A stretch of 64,000 nucleotides of DNA from Mizuhopecten yessoensis. Taxonomy: Eukaryota. Where the stretch lies: positions 1,614,978-1,678,977 of the forward strand of contig NW_018407907.1 in assembly GCF_002113885.1 (NCBI RefSeq). The letters run 5' to 3'. Positions 24,245-38,045 of the stretch are shown here, piece by piece; the stretch's first letter is position 1, and every line of letters starts with the position of its first letter. A model generated the notes under the pieces. That model had not been told where the DNA came from and made no database searches. It worked only from the letters and a program-made list of their open reading frames with translations. Position numbers and translations under genes: made by a program.

Positions 24245-27200
24245 CGATGCTGAACTTGTTATTTGGATTTGGACTACAATTCTATAAATGTTATAACTGT
24301 TATTTATGAAATATGTATATGTATAGATCCATTAATGTAAAAATCGCATGGCTTGATAATAATTTTGTTTTTGATAAACTTATAATGCAATAAAATATTT
24401 GAATTATATATAGTTTGAATATTTCATTGTGTTTTTTTTGGTTTCTTTATATTTTCTACGTAGTCAATTCTATTATGATTTCCCGTTGATGAATCTTGTT
24501 AATAATACAGTTACAAGATTAATCAAGACAAACAGAAGCCTTAAAAATGTTAACCAAATAAAAATATATACAATTTCTAAATAACCCAATTATACATGTG
24601 TATCGTTTTAACTGGCTGGATGTTGATATGTAAAGATAAGATTAATATAATGTAATAATGTTATCAACTTTCCATAATAGCTCGTAATATCTTTTGATAT
24701 TTTGAAATAGCTAATAACATATACATACAAGATATTTCGTTGATATGGTCTGTTTTTAAAGGGTTTCACGTCCTATCAACATCTAAAATCATTTAAGGAC
24801 GTGCCTCTCTATGTGCATTACAAAATGTATTATCAGTTCATGCTTATGTGTATGTATGCTGGAGGCAGAGTATGTTGGTGTGCTTGCCTCCTTGTAATAG
24901 TGCAGATCTTATGCCGACTTCATAGCGCTACCTCACTGAAATACCAGGACGAAGGCACCTAGGACAGCATTTTCGTGGGACCCAAATGTCGAGGTTTACC
25001 GACAAAACACCATTTCGAGGGGACATGAGCTCTTGGATTACGGGCACCCACTCAAATGGAGAATCGCTTTATATCAAACTTGAAACTACATCGTTGACCT
25101 ACGAGTTCGTGGAGGAAAATTACCCACAACATAAACGAAATTTAAAAACAAACTACGAAAATATGGTGATTTCACAGTTTTCATGCTGGCTAAAATGGAT
25201 GCGAGCAAATGCTTTAAAAAAAAGAAGAAAGAGTAAACGGAGAAAACTCATGAGACTTGATGATCCATTATACAGTTTCTTGTCAGATCAGATCATTGTT
25301 TCCGGACCCATTGTTATGAATCTATCGACTTCATGTTTTTACAGACTGTGATGAAAGTTTAACAAATGCCAAATGGTCCTCTTAAGTGTTCGAAATATAG
25401 GGTAATAAGGTCAACGCTGGGGTCACTATTGGTATTTATATGTCCACAACGAGGCAAGAAGGCAATGACATTTTCTAGTTTATTCAAATAACAATGGCAA
25501 TAATTTTCATTGCATTTCAATAATATTTGCAGATGACGTGTCATTATGTATGTTCATGAAACTTGATTAGGTATTTCGAAACAATTTTAACTCGGATGAA
25601 AATTAAATCGAAACAGTGGCTAACATCAAAATATGTTATTTGTCCTACGTTTTAGCTCAGATTGTAAATGGAAAGCACATTCAATAAAATATATAAATCT
25701 TGTGTAAAGAGCTATGTATCAGTCTTCCCTACAATGCACAATGTGTTAGATAAGAAAATAAAGTATTTAAGATGTTAGCGGGGTCATGTATCCTTTTACT
25801 AGAACACAACTGTAAATTGTAGTTTGACACTCTAAAAGTGGTTTTAACCATATGGAAAATATATTTTGAAATACCGTCGCATGCTACTCATCTAATGTAA
25901 TGCCGACTTTCTATGTATAAGAAACTTAAGGAGGATGTTTTTACTAATCTATATAATGTATAATATACATCATCTCAATAATTTGCTTCCACAACAATTA
26001 TTAAAGGATCGAATCATGTTCTGTTGAAATATAATTTGGTATAAACCTCGAGCAGTCTTGAGACATTTTGATATGATCTACGAGGATTCAGTACAACTAT
26101 TTAAATTCAATGCTTTTTTTTATATAACTCCAAAACATTGGACGTGTGCAAGTCTATGCCACAAAAGGTACCAACGCATGTGACGTCATCAATCTCCGTG
26201 TGAAAATTGAAATAATGTATAACAAGAAGTGGTTCTCGAACTAATTTGCTGACGTATTCGTTAGCTTACTGGAATGTTGAAGCGGAGGAAACAATATATT
26301 CTTGTAGGTATACTGAGTCTAAATTCAGTAGAAATAAAAATATTTATATTTAATAAATATAATTCAAGACAAGATAAAACTACCTGCTTAGAAAATGTAG
26401 ACCAATTTCAACAATGTATTCAGGTATTCGACTAGCTTGAGAAAACACATTTTAAAATTGTTTCAAACTAGATATAAATATACCATATTATTTTGTCAGT
26501 AGACCATGGACAAATCTGTGTTGTCAAGATAGCTCTCCTCTAAGCTGATACAATTTTGCTTACTCGTTATGGAACCGTGGAAACTTGTGTTAAACATTTT
26601 TTATTACTATTTTAGAAAGGGAAATTAAACTAATATTCGAAGAAAGGGACATTTTTTAACTAGTTAATGTCTAAGGTTTTAGGTATGGAAATGGATAGCT
26701 GTCGAATCATCTCACACATTGAGTATAAAGAGAATTTTGGGTTCTGAAAAAAAGTGCCAGCTTAGGTGTAATGAAGCTTGATGCATCTCAGTTGTTACAT
26801 GTAACGCAATAAATTCATTTTCAGTTTAATTATTGATAAAATGTCATCATTACAAATAAATCCCAGCTTAAATCATAGTTTGTATCTTACATGTCTTCTA
26901 ACCACACCGCTGTCATTAAAGTAACTCGTGTTTGTGCGGCGATATGGCAATAGGTCACGTCACAGCGTAATGCCTGACGCAAATAACACACCCATGTAGT
27001 AAAATCAATCTGCTATGATAATGAGATATCAAACAGCACCTCCAAAAAAATGCCAATATGCAATCATTTTAATCCAAATAACTAAATAAGTGTCACTGAT
27101 GAATTGAAGCTTTTAATCTAGCTGTGACATCCTGGCATTTATCAGTGCAACATTTTAATAACAAGTTAATTCACGACTTGATTATCACGTACAGTTCCCA

Positions 27201-27274
27201 TGGTTGGTATGCATATTAATTAACCGGAAGTGCGACTTAATTGATTCGCTGCTCACACCATTATCTAGCATCCC

Positions 27275-27280
27275 TATAAA
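27275..27280 (+). promoter_or_regulatory. TATA box of the CAP gene
   Basis: 'ccctataaatt' about 90 nt upstream of the ATG at 27369. Confidence 0.6.
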
Positions 27281-27368
27281 TTAGCTCGCTTATCTGTCTT
27301 TGCTGCAAACTTTGACAGAAAACATATCAACTACAGACTGTAGACACCAGGTCCATCAGTACAAAACG

Positions 27369-30300
27369 ATGCAGACGATACTTTTGTACGTGTTTTTGGC
27401 GGGAATTCTGTTCACCGGAGCCAAGAGTCTTTCCTTGTTAGAAGCACACAACAAGTATCGAAAGATAGAGGGCGTTCCGTTAATGGTATGTAACAATGCA
27501 TCGAGTTTTGATTAATTTGGTTTAAATAACATATTTTTTATTCGGTGTGAAAAACTGTAAGATCAAACATAAAATGACGGGACATCCATTAGTAAATTGA
27601 TACCATCATGACCATTTTGTTTCTCTTCCAAAACAAGGTGCAACATCGAAATCTTTTCATTTAAAGATCATTCATTTATGATAAGCAGACTAAGTAAATG
27701 GGACAAAATGAGTGTGCTGTTAAATGCGGGAGTTTAAGTACGATATGAATTAGAATGCTAACTCGTTGATTAATAGAATTTATGTATAATAATATGTTTT
27801 TATATAATATACATATTGTTTCGGCAATTCTGCACGTTTCATTTTCCAGAGATATGACGAGACGATCGCACAGAATGCTGCCAAATACGCAAGTAAATGT
27901 ATATTTGGTCATAGCGCCTATTCAGAGAGACAAAACATTGCAAGTTACAGTTCAGTTGGAGAAAATTTATTTCTGGGCACAGGTAAGAATTCGAATAGGT
28001 TGTTAGTCTCATGAGTCATATTTTTCTGATATTTTCATATATTCTTAAAATAGTTCAATGATATCTAACATATTAATGAAAATTTACAACACTTTTCAAA
28101 ACTTAAAAAAAATCTGTTTGATATCCATAATATAACAATATATAATAAATGACATGGGGAGCATAACCGATCGATTGTAAACAAAAGTCGATGTTTCATT
28201 ATAACATGGATGGTAAATATATATATATTACTGAAATAAAACAACAAATCATTGTAACAATGGTTAGATAGCAATGTCCAAATCTTGATCACGTAGAGAA
28301 ACAATCGGGCGCAGGGGCGTCATAATAGTTTAGTGTGACGTCATGTGATTTAACTTATCCACAAAACACACTGTTATATGAAAGGTATTATGTTTGTTTA
28401 TTTGTTTGGGGTTTAACGTCCCCGCAACAGCCAGGATCATATATGGACAGGTTCCAGGCTGTGGTACACTTCGGAAAGAAAATAGCAAAGTGAGAATAGG
28501 AAATATTTAGATCTGAAATGTGCGTTGAGGCTGCAGATAAAAAATATCCCCGATTCTGCAGGAGGTCCCCCATTAGTCGCCTCTTACAAACAATATGCGA
28601 ACGAATACAGCAGTTTTGTTCTTTACATTTGCCTACAAAGAATACATGGAATAGACATTATAATAGAATATTTACTTTCAAAAACAAACATAATGCGAGC
28701 GCGTCAATGACGCAAAATACACTTACCCTTCCGGAACGCCCAATTTTATTTTCCTTGGGATATTCCAAGGGTCTCCGTGTATATCTTCCTTTCGTTTATA
28801 TAAGCTTCATTGTTTTTGTTTTTATTTCGAATCACGATTTTGTTGATACTTTGATATTTTCGTTTGAATTAGGTAATCCTAATTTAGAAGACGTCGTGAG
28901 CAACTGGTACAAAGAGAAGAGCGATTATAACAGATCTAACCTGTCCTGTACACCTGGAAAACAATGTGGCCATTACACACAGGTATTGTAATCCATCACA
29001 CTATTCAATCTTTAGCAACACGACTTAAAGTAACTTAGTGACGTCACGCAAATTCAATTGTATGTATAGCAAACAATTCAGCATGATACATAAGTGAGAC
29101 AGGCACGTGACTGAAAAATTTGTAAGCAACACAAAGTTTACTATTGAGTGTGCTAAATGTTTTCCCCTTCAAAAACAAATTTTTCTTCACCATTGTTGAC
29201 AAATATTGGCAGATCAGTTGTCATACATTTTTCGTTCGGAGTTTTTTTCTCGCTTTTTGATTAATTCAATATATTTAAAAAGTATCGAATCGTGTTATGA
29301 TTTCAACGAATCAATTTGTATTATTCCATATGAGTAAAGCACAATTATATCAGGGCAGATTCTTTTCCTTAAGTATTTTGATATTGAACAGAAATGTTGT
29401 TTATGATTTCAACGAATCAATTTGTATTATTCCATTTGAGTGAAGCAAAATTATATTAGGGCAGATTCATTTTCTTAAGTATTTTGATATTGAACTGAAA
29501 TGTTGTTTATGATTTCAACGAATCAATTTGTATAACAAATATTGGCAGTTCAGTTTTTATGCATTTTTCGTTCAGAGTTTTCTTTCTCGCTTTTTATTTA
29601 ATTCAATATATATTAAAAAGTATCGAACCATGTATATTTATTTTTGTATTTATTAATTTATATATTCCTTATGATTTCAACGAATCAATTTGTATTATTC
29701 CATATGAGTGAAGCAAAATTATATTGGGGCAGATTCATTTCCTTAAGTATTTTGATATTGAAAAGAAACGTTGTTTACGGGATACAATCCAATATATTAC
29801 TTGACTGATATGTATGAGCCAATGTATATGAATATGTATCACTGAAATGCTGCTCTCTGATATCAAAATAATTTGTATTGCTTTGATCACAAGATGCATT
29901 TACAAATAGTATCTGTCACTCATATGTGTTAAGTAAAAAAGTCGAAATATTTGGGCAAATATTCAGTCAGAGCTTAATATTTTTCGAGGAATCAGATCCT
30001 TCTCCTCATTAAAATGATTGTTAAGAAAACATATCAGCTTTGCTGTAGCTTCCAGTCCCCCAAAAACTAATCTGTACACGAAACAGGACTTCTGTTTTAA
30101 TACATAAATATTTTTTAATGCATTTTAAAACCATTGTGGGGGGCGAGAGTATCTTAAGAATACGAAAATATGTTTAGACACACTTAAATCATCATTAATG
30201 CTTCTGAATTTCTGGATAGATCTTGATTAGACCCCGGGAATACATATCGTTCTAACCGATGGAGCTTCCTAGGCAACGGAAGTATGCTGGCCGAAATGTA

Positions 30301-32149
30301 CAAGTTACATCCAAAACGAAATTAAGGGGAGATAACTGCATTAAAAATAAAAACAACAAAACAGTGCAGTGGGATAGGGATCCCTTGTACTTCTATTTAT
30401 AGTAATATATCTTAAACGTATAGTATATGCATGTAGATGTTTGGGTTGAAAATAAGTTCAAAATAAGATTTCAAAAATAATTTAAGTCGTAGGTAAAGAA
30501 AAACTCATTTCATTTTGTGTTGTCATATAGAGAGTGTGTTACGATGCGCCTCCAACAACAACAACAGGGGTTTTAGCGATAATACCCGGTAATATCGGAA
30601 GGACCGGTAGATACTGTAATATACATATTTGTGGTTATTAACTCTTTATTTGAGACTTTTCACTGTAATATACCAAATGAACAGGTGATATGGTCTAAGT
30701 CCACGGCACTAGGATGTGGTACTCAGAGGTGTGCATCGATAGAAGCTGGAGGGATAATCTTCGAGAATGCATTATACGTTGTGTGTCAGTACGGACCTGC
30801 GTAAGAATCCCATTTTATTTATTTATTTCTTTATTTACGTTTTTCCATAAATCCCTAATATTAACAAGTTTTCCATTTACAAGATTAAGATAGGATTGTG
30901 ATGTTTTGACTGGTGAAATAAATCAAAGCATTTCCTAAATGTTTGAATATGTTTTAATTTTGCAATCAAAGTAAACAAAACGCCAATATGAAGTATTCAG
31001 CTTCCTCTAAAACCTTTTAGTTTATATTCTATGGTTGATGCAGCAAGCAAATTTTACTTTGTAAATATTGATACGCAATAAATGCCCAATTTGCAAATTT
31101 TAGTTTGTATTAATATTTAATCATCTATTTATTCATTCATATATATTTATATATTCATCATTAACAAATTTATATATTTATTGCTTTATATTAAGTTTAA
31201 TTTATTTTAATAACTCTTGTTTGACGGATGTTAGCGCGTGGGGTCTTAATGTGTTAGGAAAAAGGAGTCCACGGAGAAAGTCCAGGAGGTCGGGAAGGTG
31301 ATACCATATCTTATCACGTCCGATCGTGCAATCGTCTAGGTGAAAGGCGAGTGCGCTATCAATTGCGGCATCCAACCACCCATATTTGTCACATGTTATA
31401 GTATATGTAGTTTTATTCAGTCATTTTTATTTAAATCTTCAGTGGAAATTACGCTGGTCAAAGCCCATTTCAGAGTATAAGCCGTAGGAGAGGACCCAGT
31501 GCGGCGGCGGCATTGATCCGTAAGATTGCTGACCAGCTGCAAAGTGAAACAGAGAAAAGTAACGGAATAGGTGAAGCGGAAGACCACGACGAAAATGTTG
31601 TTGAGTTAACAGACGAGCCATTATCACCGCCAAAACAAATCCCTTCTCTTGATTCCACCATGGTATGGGCAATTCATATGAATCACCTGTATTACCCAAA
31701 AACATAAAAGAGCGCTTGAAGCTTTTTAATCCTTTCATTTAGAATATTTATCATACATGTGTATCGTACCTATCATTTCAAAAAAAAAAATCTCTTTCGT
31801 GCTGTGAGTTTTGCAAAGCTAGTTATTAATCTTATATACAAGAAAGTAATTAAATTTCTTCAGTCGGCTGGAAAACCTAGGTTAGGTCGTAATACCTGAA
31901 GCACACATATTTTGTTTTTGCTAAGCATAAGTTAAAACTCTTGGATTCGAAATGAACAATCGCATACTATACATTTGTATAATCAAAAACATTTCTATTA
32001 AAACACATCATTTTTTAAAACCCTTGATTTTGAAAAATTAAGCATACCAGTGTATAGTTAAGCTGATTTAAATTGAGGAATTAATATAGTAATAATCAGC
32101 ATGTTTTTATTGTCCATTTGTTTTGTTTTCGTTGACACAGGTCCTGTAA
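27369..32149 (+). CDS. Secreted CAP/SCP superfamily protein (PR-1/CRISP/PI16-like), 6 exons, ~234 aa
   Basis: Exons 27369-27485, 27850-27982, 28873-28982, 30685-30800, 31443-31662, 32141-32149 (705 nt, phases consistent). Signal peptide [20 protein letters not shown], then [50 protein letters not shown] near 32252. Confidence 0.92.
29200..29780. repeat. Complex tandem repeat (~105 bp units) in CAP intron 3
   Basis: 'ttatgatttcaacgaatcaatttgtat' occurs four times with repeated downstream sequence. Confidence 0.85.
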
Positions 32150-32539
32150 TGAACTGTCAGACGCGGTCTGCCCGAGTGTTTCCTGCCGATAAACAGCTTG
32201 TTCCTATCAACCTCATTTTACCTCTCTTTGCTCTGCTTGTCTTCAAATAATAATAAATACAGCAAATTAAAATTAGTTGTCACTGTCATTGTTTTTTTTT
32301 TAATAATAGATATATTTGATCACGCCGACCAACTACTATATTGTCAAAGGCGGGAATGCGCATTACACACTATATTAAATTTATCAGTTTTAAAGAAACC
32401 CCATAACAGTTACATTATACTTGTACAAACGATTGCACTTTATCAAAGAATAAATTGGTTATATACCTTCTTTAACTGCGCTTGGCGTATCGTCCTAGTA
32501 AACTCAAACAATGCTACATATGTAGTTTGGTAGTGAGCG

Positions 32540-35419
32540 AAATGGAAAATACTGCTTATTTTGACACTCAATTACTTTATTTTGCATGTATCAAACGAGA
32601 TCAGTCTGTTAAAACCCTTTATTTTTTATATCATATTGTAAAACATGGTCATAAATGCTATAAAATAACATTTTTTTGTCACATTGTGCCGTTAATTCGA
32701 TACTGTTACGGGGTGAACATTATTGCGTTGTTAACCTCAATTACCTGGTGCTAAGTTTTTGCAATAATAGTTTTAAAATTCCTGAGTTCTTTAGAAAGGC
32801 CTTTTATTCGTAAAACACTTTGAGAATATGTATTTACTTTTAGCAATTTTACATGATTAAATTTTACACAACATCATGTAGTTCAATACTGACAGTTCAA
32901 CCATTTTTTTATAGAATCATTTCCATTATTAAATTAAGCGAAAAAAACCACAGAAGAATTTGTGGTTCTTGCCATAGGTTTTGATAAAATTGATAAAAAC
33001 ATCTATTAATGTGATGGTGATACAAAGACATATAATAAACTGTCTGTCATGATATTGGTCAAAAAGTTTAAATCTAACAGGGGAGGTAACTCCTTTACCC
33101 CAACTCCAATGTCCGGTGAGTACAGTTTTTGTTTCAGCACCAAAAATGGGCGGGGGAAGTTGTGGAATGGGTAGGGCTTGATGCTTTAGTGGTTTTCGAT
33201 GGGTTTGAGTCTAAATGTAGTTCAAGACACTGGAAGCGGTTTGCAGGAGACGAGCCAGAACGGATATTTTAAAATAATGGGTACCATGATACATTGTTTA
33301 GTCATAATACATGAAATGGTTAAGTTTCATAACAAAATATGCAGACGTTTTTGTACCAAAACATCTTAGAATAGTTCAACTTTGACCCCATTCTATTTTT
33401 GGGGTAATATGAACACGACATTGTCGTATAACACAATGCTTATTTATGACGAGACATCGGACTTGCAATGGATGAACGTTCACCCTTTATCATGACGTCG
33501 AATTGTTTATTGTATCTGTGTTCTTATCTCAGGGCTGGATGAAAGTATAAATTAATATTATATATAGCATGGTTGATAATTAAGCAAGAAACTCTTTACA
33601 ATGGTTCTAAAATATGACACAATGTCTACAACATGACATTTTAATGACCCTAAGAGAGTAATGTATCTACATATTTCAGATGGACGCTTCGTATGAAGTC
33701 CTAAAAAGTAATGAATTATTTGTTATGAGTAGAATTATTGAATTTTCAAAATCCAATGGGTTCAATGAAAATATTGTATCAAACTAATAATTCACAGATT
33801 ATTCAAACACGGTAACATGGATAAGAGGTGTCTATCAATCGAACTTTAATGACCTTGAAATGATACAAAGATGTCACAATACCTTTTAATGACCTCAATG
33901 TGTCGGTCATATTTTACACTTGACGTCAATGTGTCTATTAAAGTGTTTGACCTCGGAGTGTCTATCACATAACTTGTTGATGACCTATCAGTGTGGCTTA
34001 TACAAAAACTCTTTATTGACCTCGGCTTGTCTCTCACAATACCTCAGGGTGTGAATCACATTATATAAATACTACATTCATTATAGGGTAACAGTGATAT
34101 CACTGTCACACTCTAATGAATGTTGTTTTTATCTTATTATACCGAAAGTTAATATAATTAAGAAATATTCAAATTTGTAACAAATATAGTTATTTCTTCA
34201 ACAAATTTAACAGCGAACTATTTAAGCTTTAACAATAAAGTTATTGTATGAACATTGTGAATTGCCATGGCCGTTAGATAACAATGTAGTTATTGAAATC
34301 GACGATTAGGTTACCAAACAGCTTCGGCCGATTGTTCATCCTGACTACCACGTGAATGGAGCGCTTGTAAATCTCACCCATCTCATCGTTACGTCGGCGT
34401 TATAATCACTGGTAAGATATACACGTTAGCGACATGGAGTGCCTGTGGACCTACATGGACGATGATTTGCAACGCAAAACCATTGCGGCCAAAACGCTCA
34501 TCTTCATTTGCGCGGTCACTATAATGCACTGCCACACACACACACTGTCACTCGTTCCTAGGGCGTTGGGAAGCACCCTCCGATTGACCCAATGTTAAAG
34601 CGAATATGACAGTGTGAATTGAACAATGTTCATGTATCTCTACCAATCAGATTACTGGATTTTCACTGGAGGTTTAATATGACCCTTTAAAGTGACTATT
34701 TAGTCAAATGACAACCTGAAAATCGAGTCGATACTGAAAATATGTATCTCCTAACGAAAGTTTAAGTGGTTAATAATGACATGACCTGAAGCCAACGTCC
34801 AGTGTGGTCAGTTTCATCTTTTGGGAAAGCCGGTGATAAAAATAGCTACGACCGTAATAGCGCAATATCCGGGCCTTTCTCTGAGAATTAAACATGTGCA
34901 ATGCCACGCTGTCGAACGACAACACAGCGTCAGTTATGAGTCTTATTTCACACGTAACACATATATCGCAAGCAAGAGTTATAAGTATAATACTATATAA
35001 ATATAATCTGATATTTCCATTAACAATTGGCTTTGAATACAAACAAAGATGTTTCATTAGAGTATGCAAGCACTGAGAGGGTACCGCAGGGCGAGTTTCA
35101 AACCGCAGTAAGAACGATATCAATAGGTTTAAACGTAAAATAAATTACTCATTTATAACGATGATTGAGACAACGGCCGCTAAAACGTATTGTTGTGCGG
35201 TTTAGAATTTGTTCATTACTGATTAAAAACGCAACGAAAACGTTGTCTTTTATCAATTTTTCGACATGAATTGTTCATAAGGAATATCAAACTATATTAT
35301 TACGAAGAATTTTGTGACAAGATTGAAAAAACGTACTTCATTTAATTGTCCCTTTTAATGACTTCAGAGTGTGTATCATTCTTATGACTTGAGTGTGTTT
35401 ATAACATAATCCTTTCAGG

Positions 35420-35471
<52 letters not shown>

Positions 35472-38045
35472 GCACATATAACAACACGACAGTCTTTTAG
35501 GAACCCACATCAAATCTACATAAAAAGATACGTAGATCTATTATTGTTAAATGTATTTACTTCAATCTTTGTTATCACACTTACATCACCTACATACACT
35601 TATATATATCGGTATACAACAAGGATAGCAAATGTAAAGTCCGGCCTAATATGTGTCGAGCTGTTTTACTAGTGCACAAATGAACAAGATATCATATCTG
35701 AAGATGAATGTAAAAAACGTTGGTCGGGTAGACACAGGTCTCGTGCCGACTATGTTTGTCCACCATTAGACTATTTGAAGCATCGACAGATAGGACGATT
35801 CACCTCATCAACAGAATAGGTAAGATTATTGTTGTTGAAATGATGTTGAATTATGTCTCAGTTACTGTTGATGCTCTAATAATTATAACTCATTTGGCAG
35901 CAGAAATTGACACATATAAGATATTGTATTAATGGCTTAAATATGTAGGGACATGTAACTAATTGTCTACAATAGCCTTTAATTAAGCTTTGACCGATTT
36001 GGAAGTCTGAAACATGATGACCATAAGGTATTTATCCTTAAACGATTTGGGATACCTATCACATGTTCATATAATCATCTGAGATGTCTATCACATGTCC
36101 ATTTAATGATTTGGGGTGTCTATCACACATGGCCATTTAATATTTTGGGGTGTCTATCACATGGCCATTTAATATTTTGGGGTGTCTGTCACATGACCCT
36201 TTAATGATTTGGGATGTCTATCACATGACGATTTAATAATTTAGGGTGTCTATCACATGTCCATTTAATGATTTGGGATGTCTATCACATGACCATTTAA
36301 TAATTTGGGGTGTCTATCACATGTCCATTAAATGATTTGGGGTGTCTATCACATGACCATTTAATAATTTGGGGTGTCTATCATTTGGGATGTCTATCAC
36401 ATGACCATTTAATGATTTGGGATGTCTATCACATGACCCTTTAATGATTTGGGATGTCTATCACATGACCCTTTGATGATTTGGGGTGGCTATCGCATGA
36501 CCCTTTAATAATTTCGTATGTCTATTACACGACCCTGTAATGATCTTGCAATTGGGTGTCTAGCACATGACATGTTAATGGTTTGTGGTGTCTATCACAT
36601 AACCCTGTGATGATGCGGTGTATCTATTTCATGACACCTTCATTATTCAGTGTGTCTATATCACATGACCCTTTAACCACCTTATGGTGTTTATCACATG
36701 ACCTTTTAATGACCAAAAGGTGTATAACATCAAAAAACCTCCATATTGATCCATTATATGCCGTTTAATAGAGCTCGTTTTATGGTCTATTAGATGAAGT
36801 CGTATACACTTATTAAATATAATGTCATTCAAAATACATTTCAATTTAATATGTGATCTGATTTACTTATATAAAATACCCTAGATTGCCTAAATTAAAC
36901 TGTCAGAACTGGGTATACTATAAATGTAGAAACACAACAATCCTCCAGAGAGTTGCAAACAAATCCAGTTTAAACTCATATGAATTATTTTTGGTGTCGA
37001 CTAAATTCGTTGTATCTTTATACTGGCAATTTCAAATAATACTTGTTAAAATAGTGCGTATTTCAAATAATACTTGTTAAAATAGTGCGTCGTTAATAAA
37101 ACCTAATTTGATTTGTTTAAACGAATGGAGAGAATTGTGCAGTGAGTGTTCAATGTTAATTTAGATATTTATTGATTTTTTTTGAGGTTTAAATAGCGAT
37201 TGAAAATGCGAATATACATCGGTATTTCTTGTCTAACATCGATTTAAAATAGTCACAGAGATCAATAACACTATCTTGTCAACATATTATGCAGATGTTT
37301 ATACACAGAAAAACATCCGAAGAACTTAACATTTAATCCCTTTGGGTATGAACCTGAAATTGATATATAACAAACTGTTTAGTCATGTTACGTCTTTGAA
37401 TTTGCAATGAGTGCCGTGTAACTCCGTGTAATAAGCTCACCTATCAGCTAATCAAAACGTATCGTCGAGGCAAGCTTTGACTTTTGTCCCCTCACCTTAA
37501 CCTTTAACCCTGCAGTCCAGTGGTGATGCATTTAGGATTGAACAGATTATGTTTAACATTCAAGCCTTATGAATACAAATCTATACATATTACATACATA
37601 AAACAAAATACCTGTTATGTTGCCCTTCAAAATAGCAGGTAGTAACATTAGGGTTAATTTGAAATTGAATTATTATCAAATGACCATTTAATGACCTCTG
37701 GGTGTCTGTCACATGACCATTCAATGACCTCTGGGTGTCTGTCACATGACCATTCAATGACCTCAGGGTGTCTGTCACATGACCATTTAATGACCTCAGG
37801 GTGTCTATCACATGACCATTCAATGACCTCAGGATGTCTATCACATGACCATTCAATGACCTCGGGATGTCTATCACATGACCCTTTAATGACTTCACTG
37901 TGATGATAACATAACTTGTTAAACATATGTTTGACCTCAGTGTAGCACATGAAGCTTTAGTAACCTAAGGGTACATCACGTGACCTTATGGGTCCATTGT
38001 CTGTACGTTTTATGAAATTAATTTTAATGATGTGTTGACCTCAAA
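32540..38045. repeat. Duplicated ~5 kb block, copy 2 (no IMMP2L fragment)
   Basis: See copy 1. Here 37151-~37760 holds other sequence where copy 1 has the IMMP2L fragment. Confidence 0.95.

Noticed and set aside
24986-25351. 121-aa ORF with a basic KKRRKSKRRK stretch
   Set aside because: Starts at the edge of a SINE-like repeat, has no domain, and has no splice context linking it to neighbours.
37590-37950. Repetitive ORFs (WSCDRHPEVIE)n and (GHVTDTLRSLN)n
   Set aside because: Stop-free frames of the 33-bp satellite, with no independent coding evidence.
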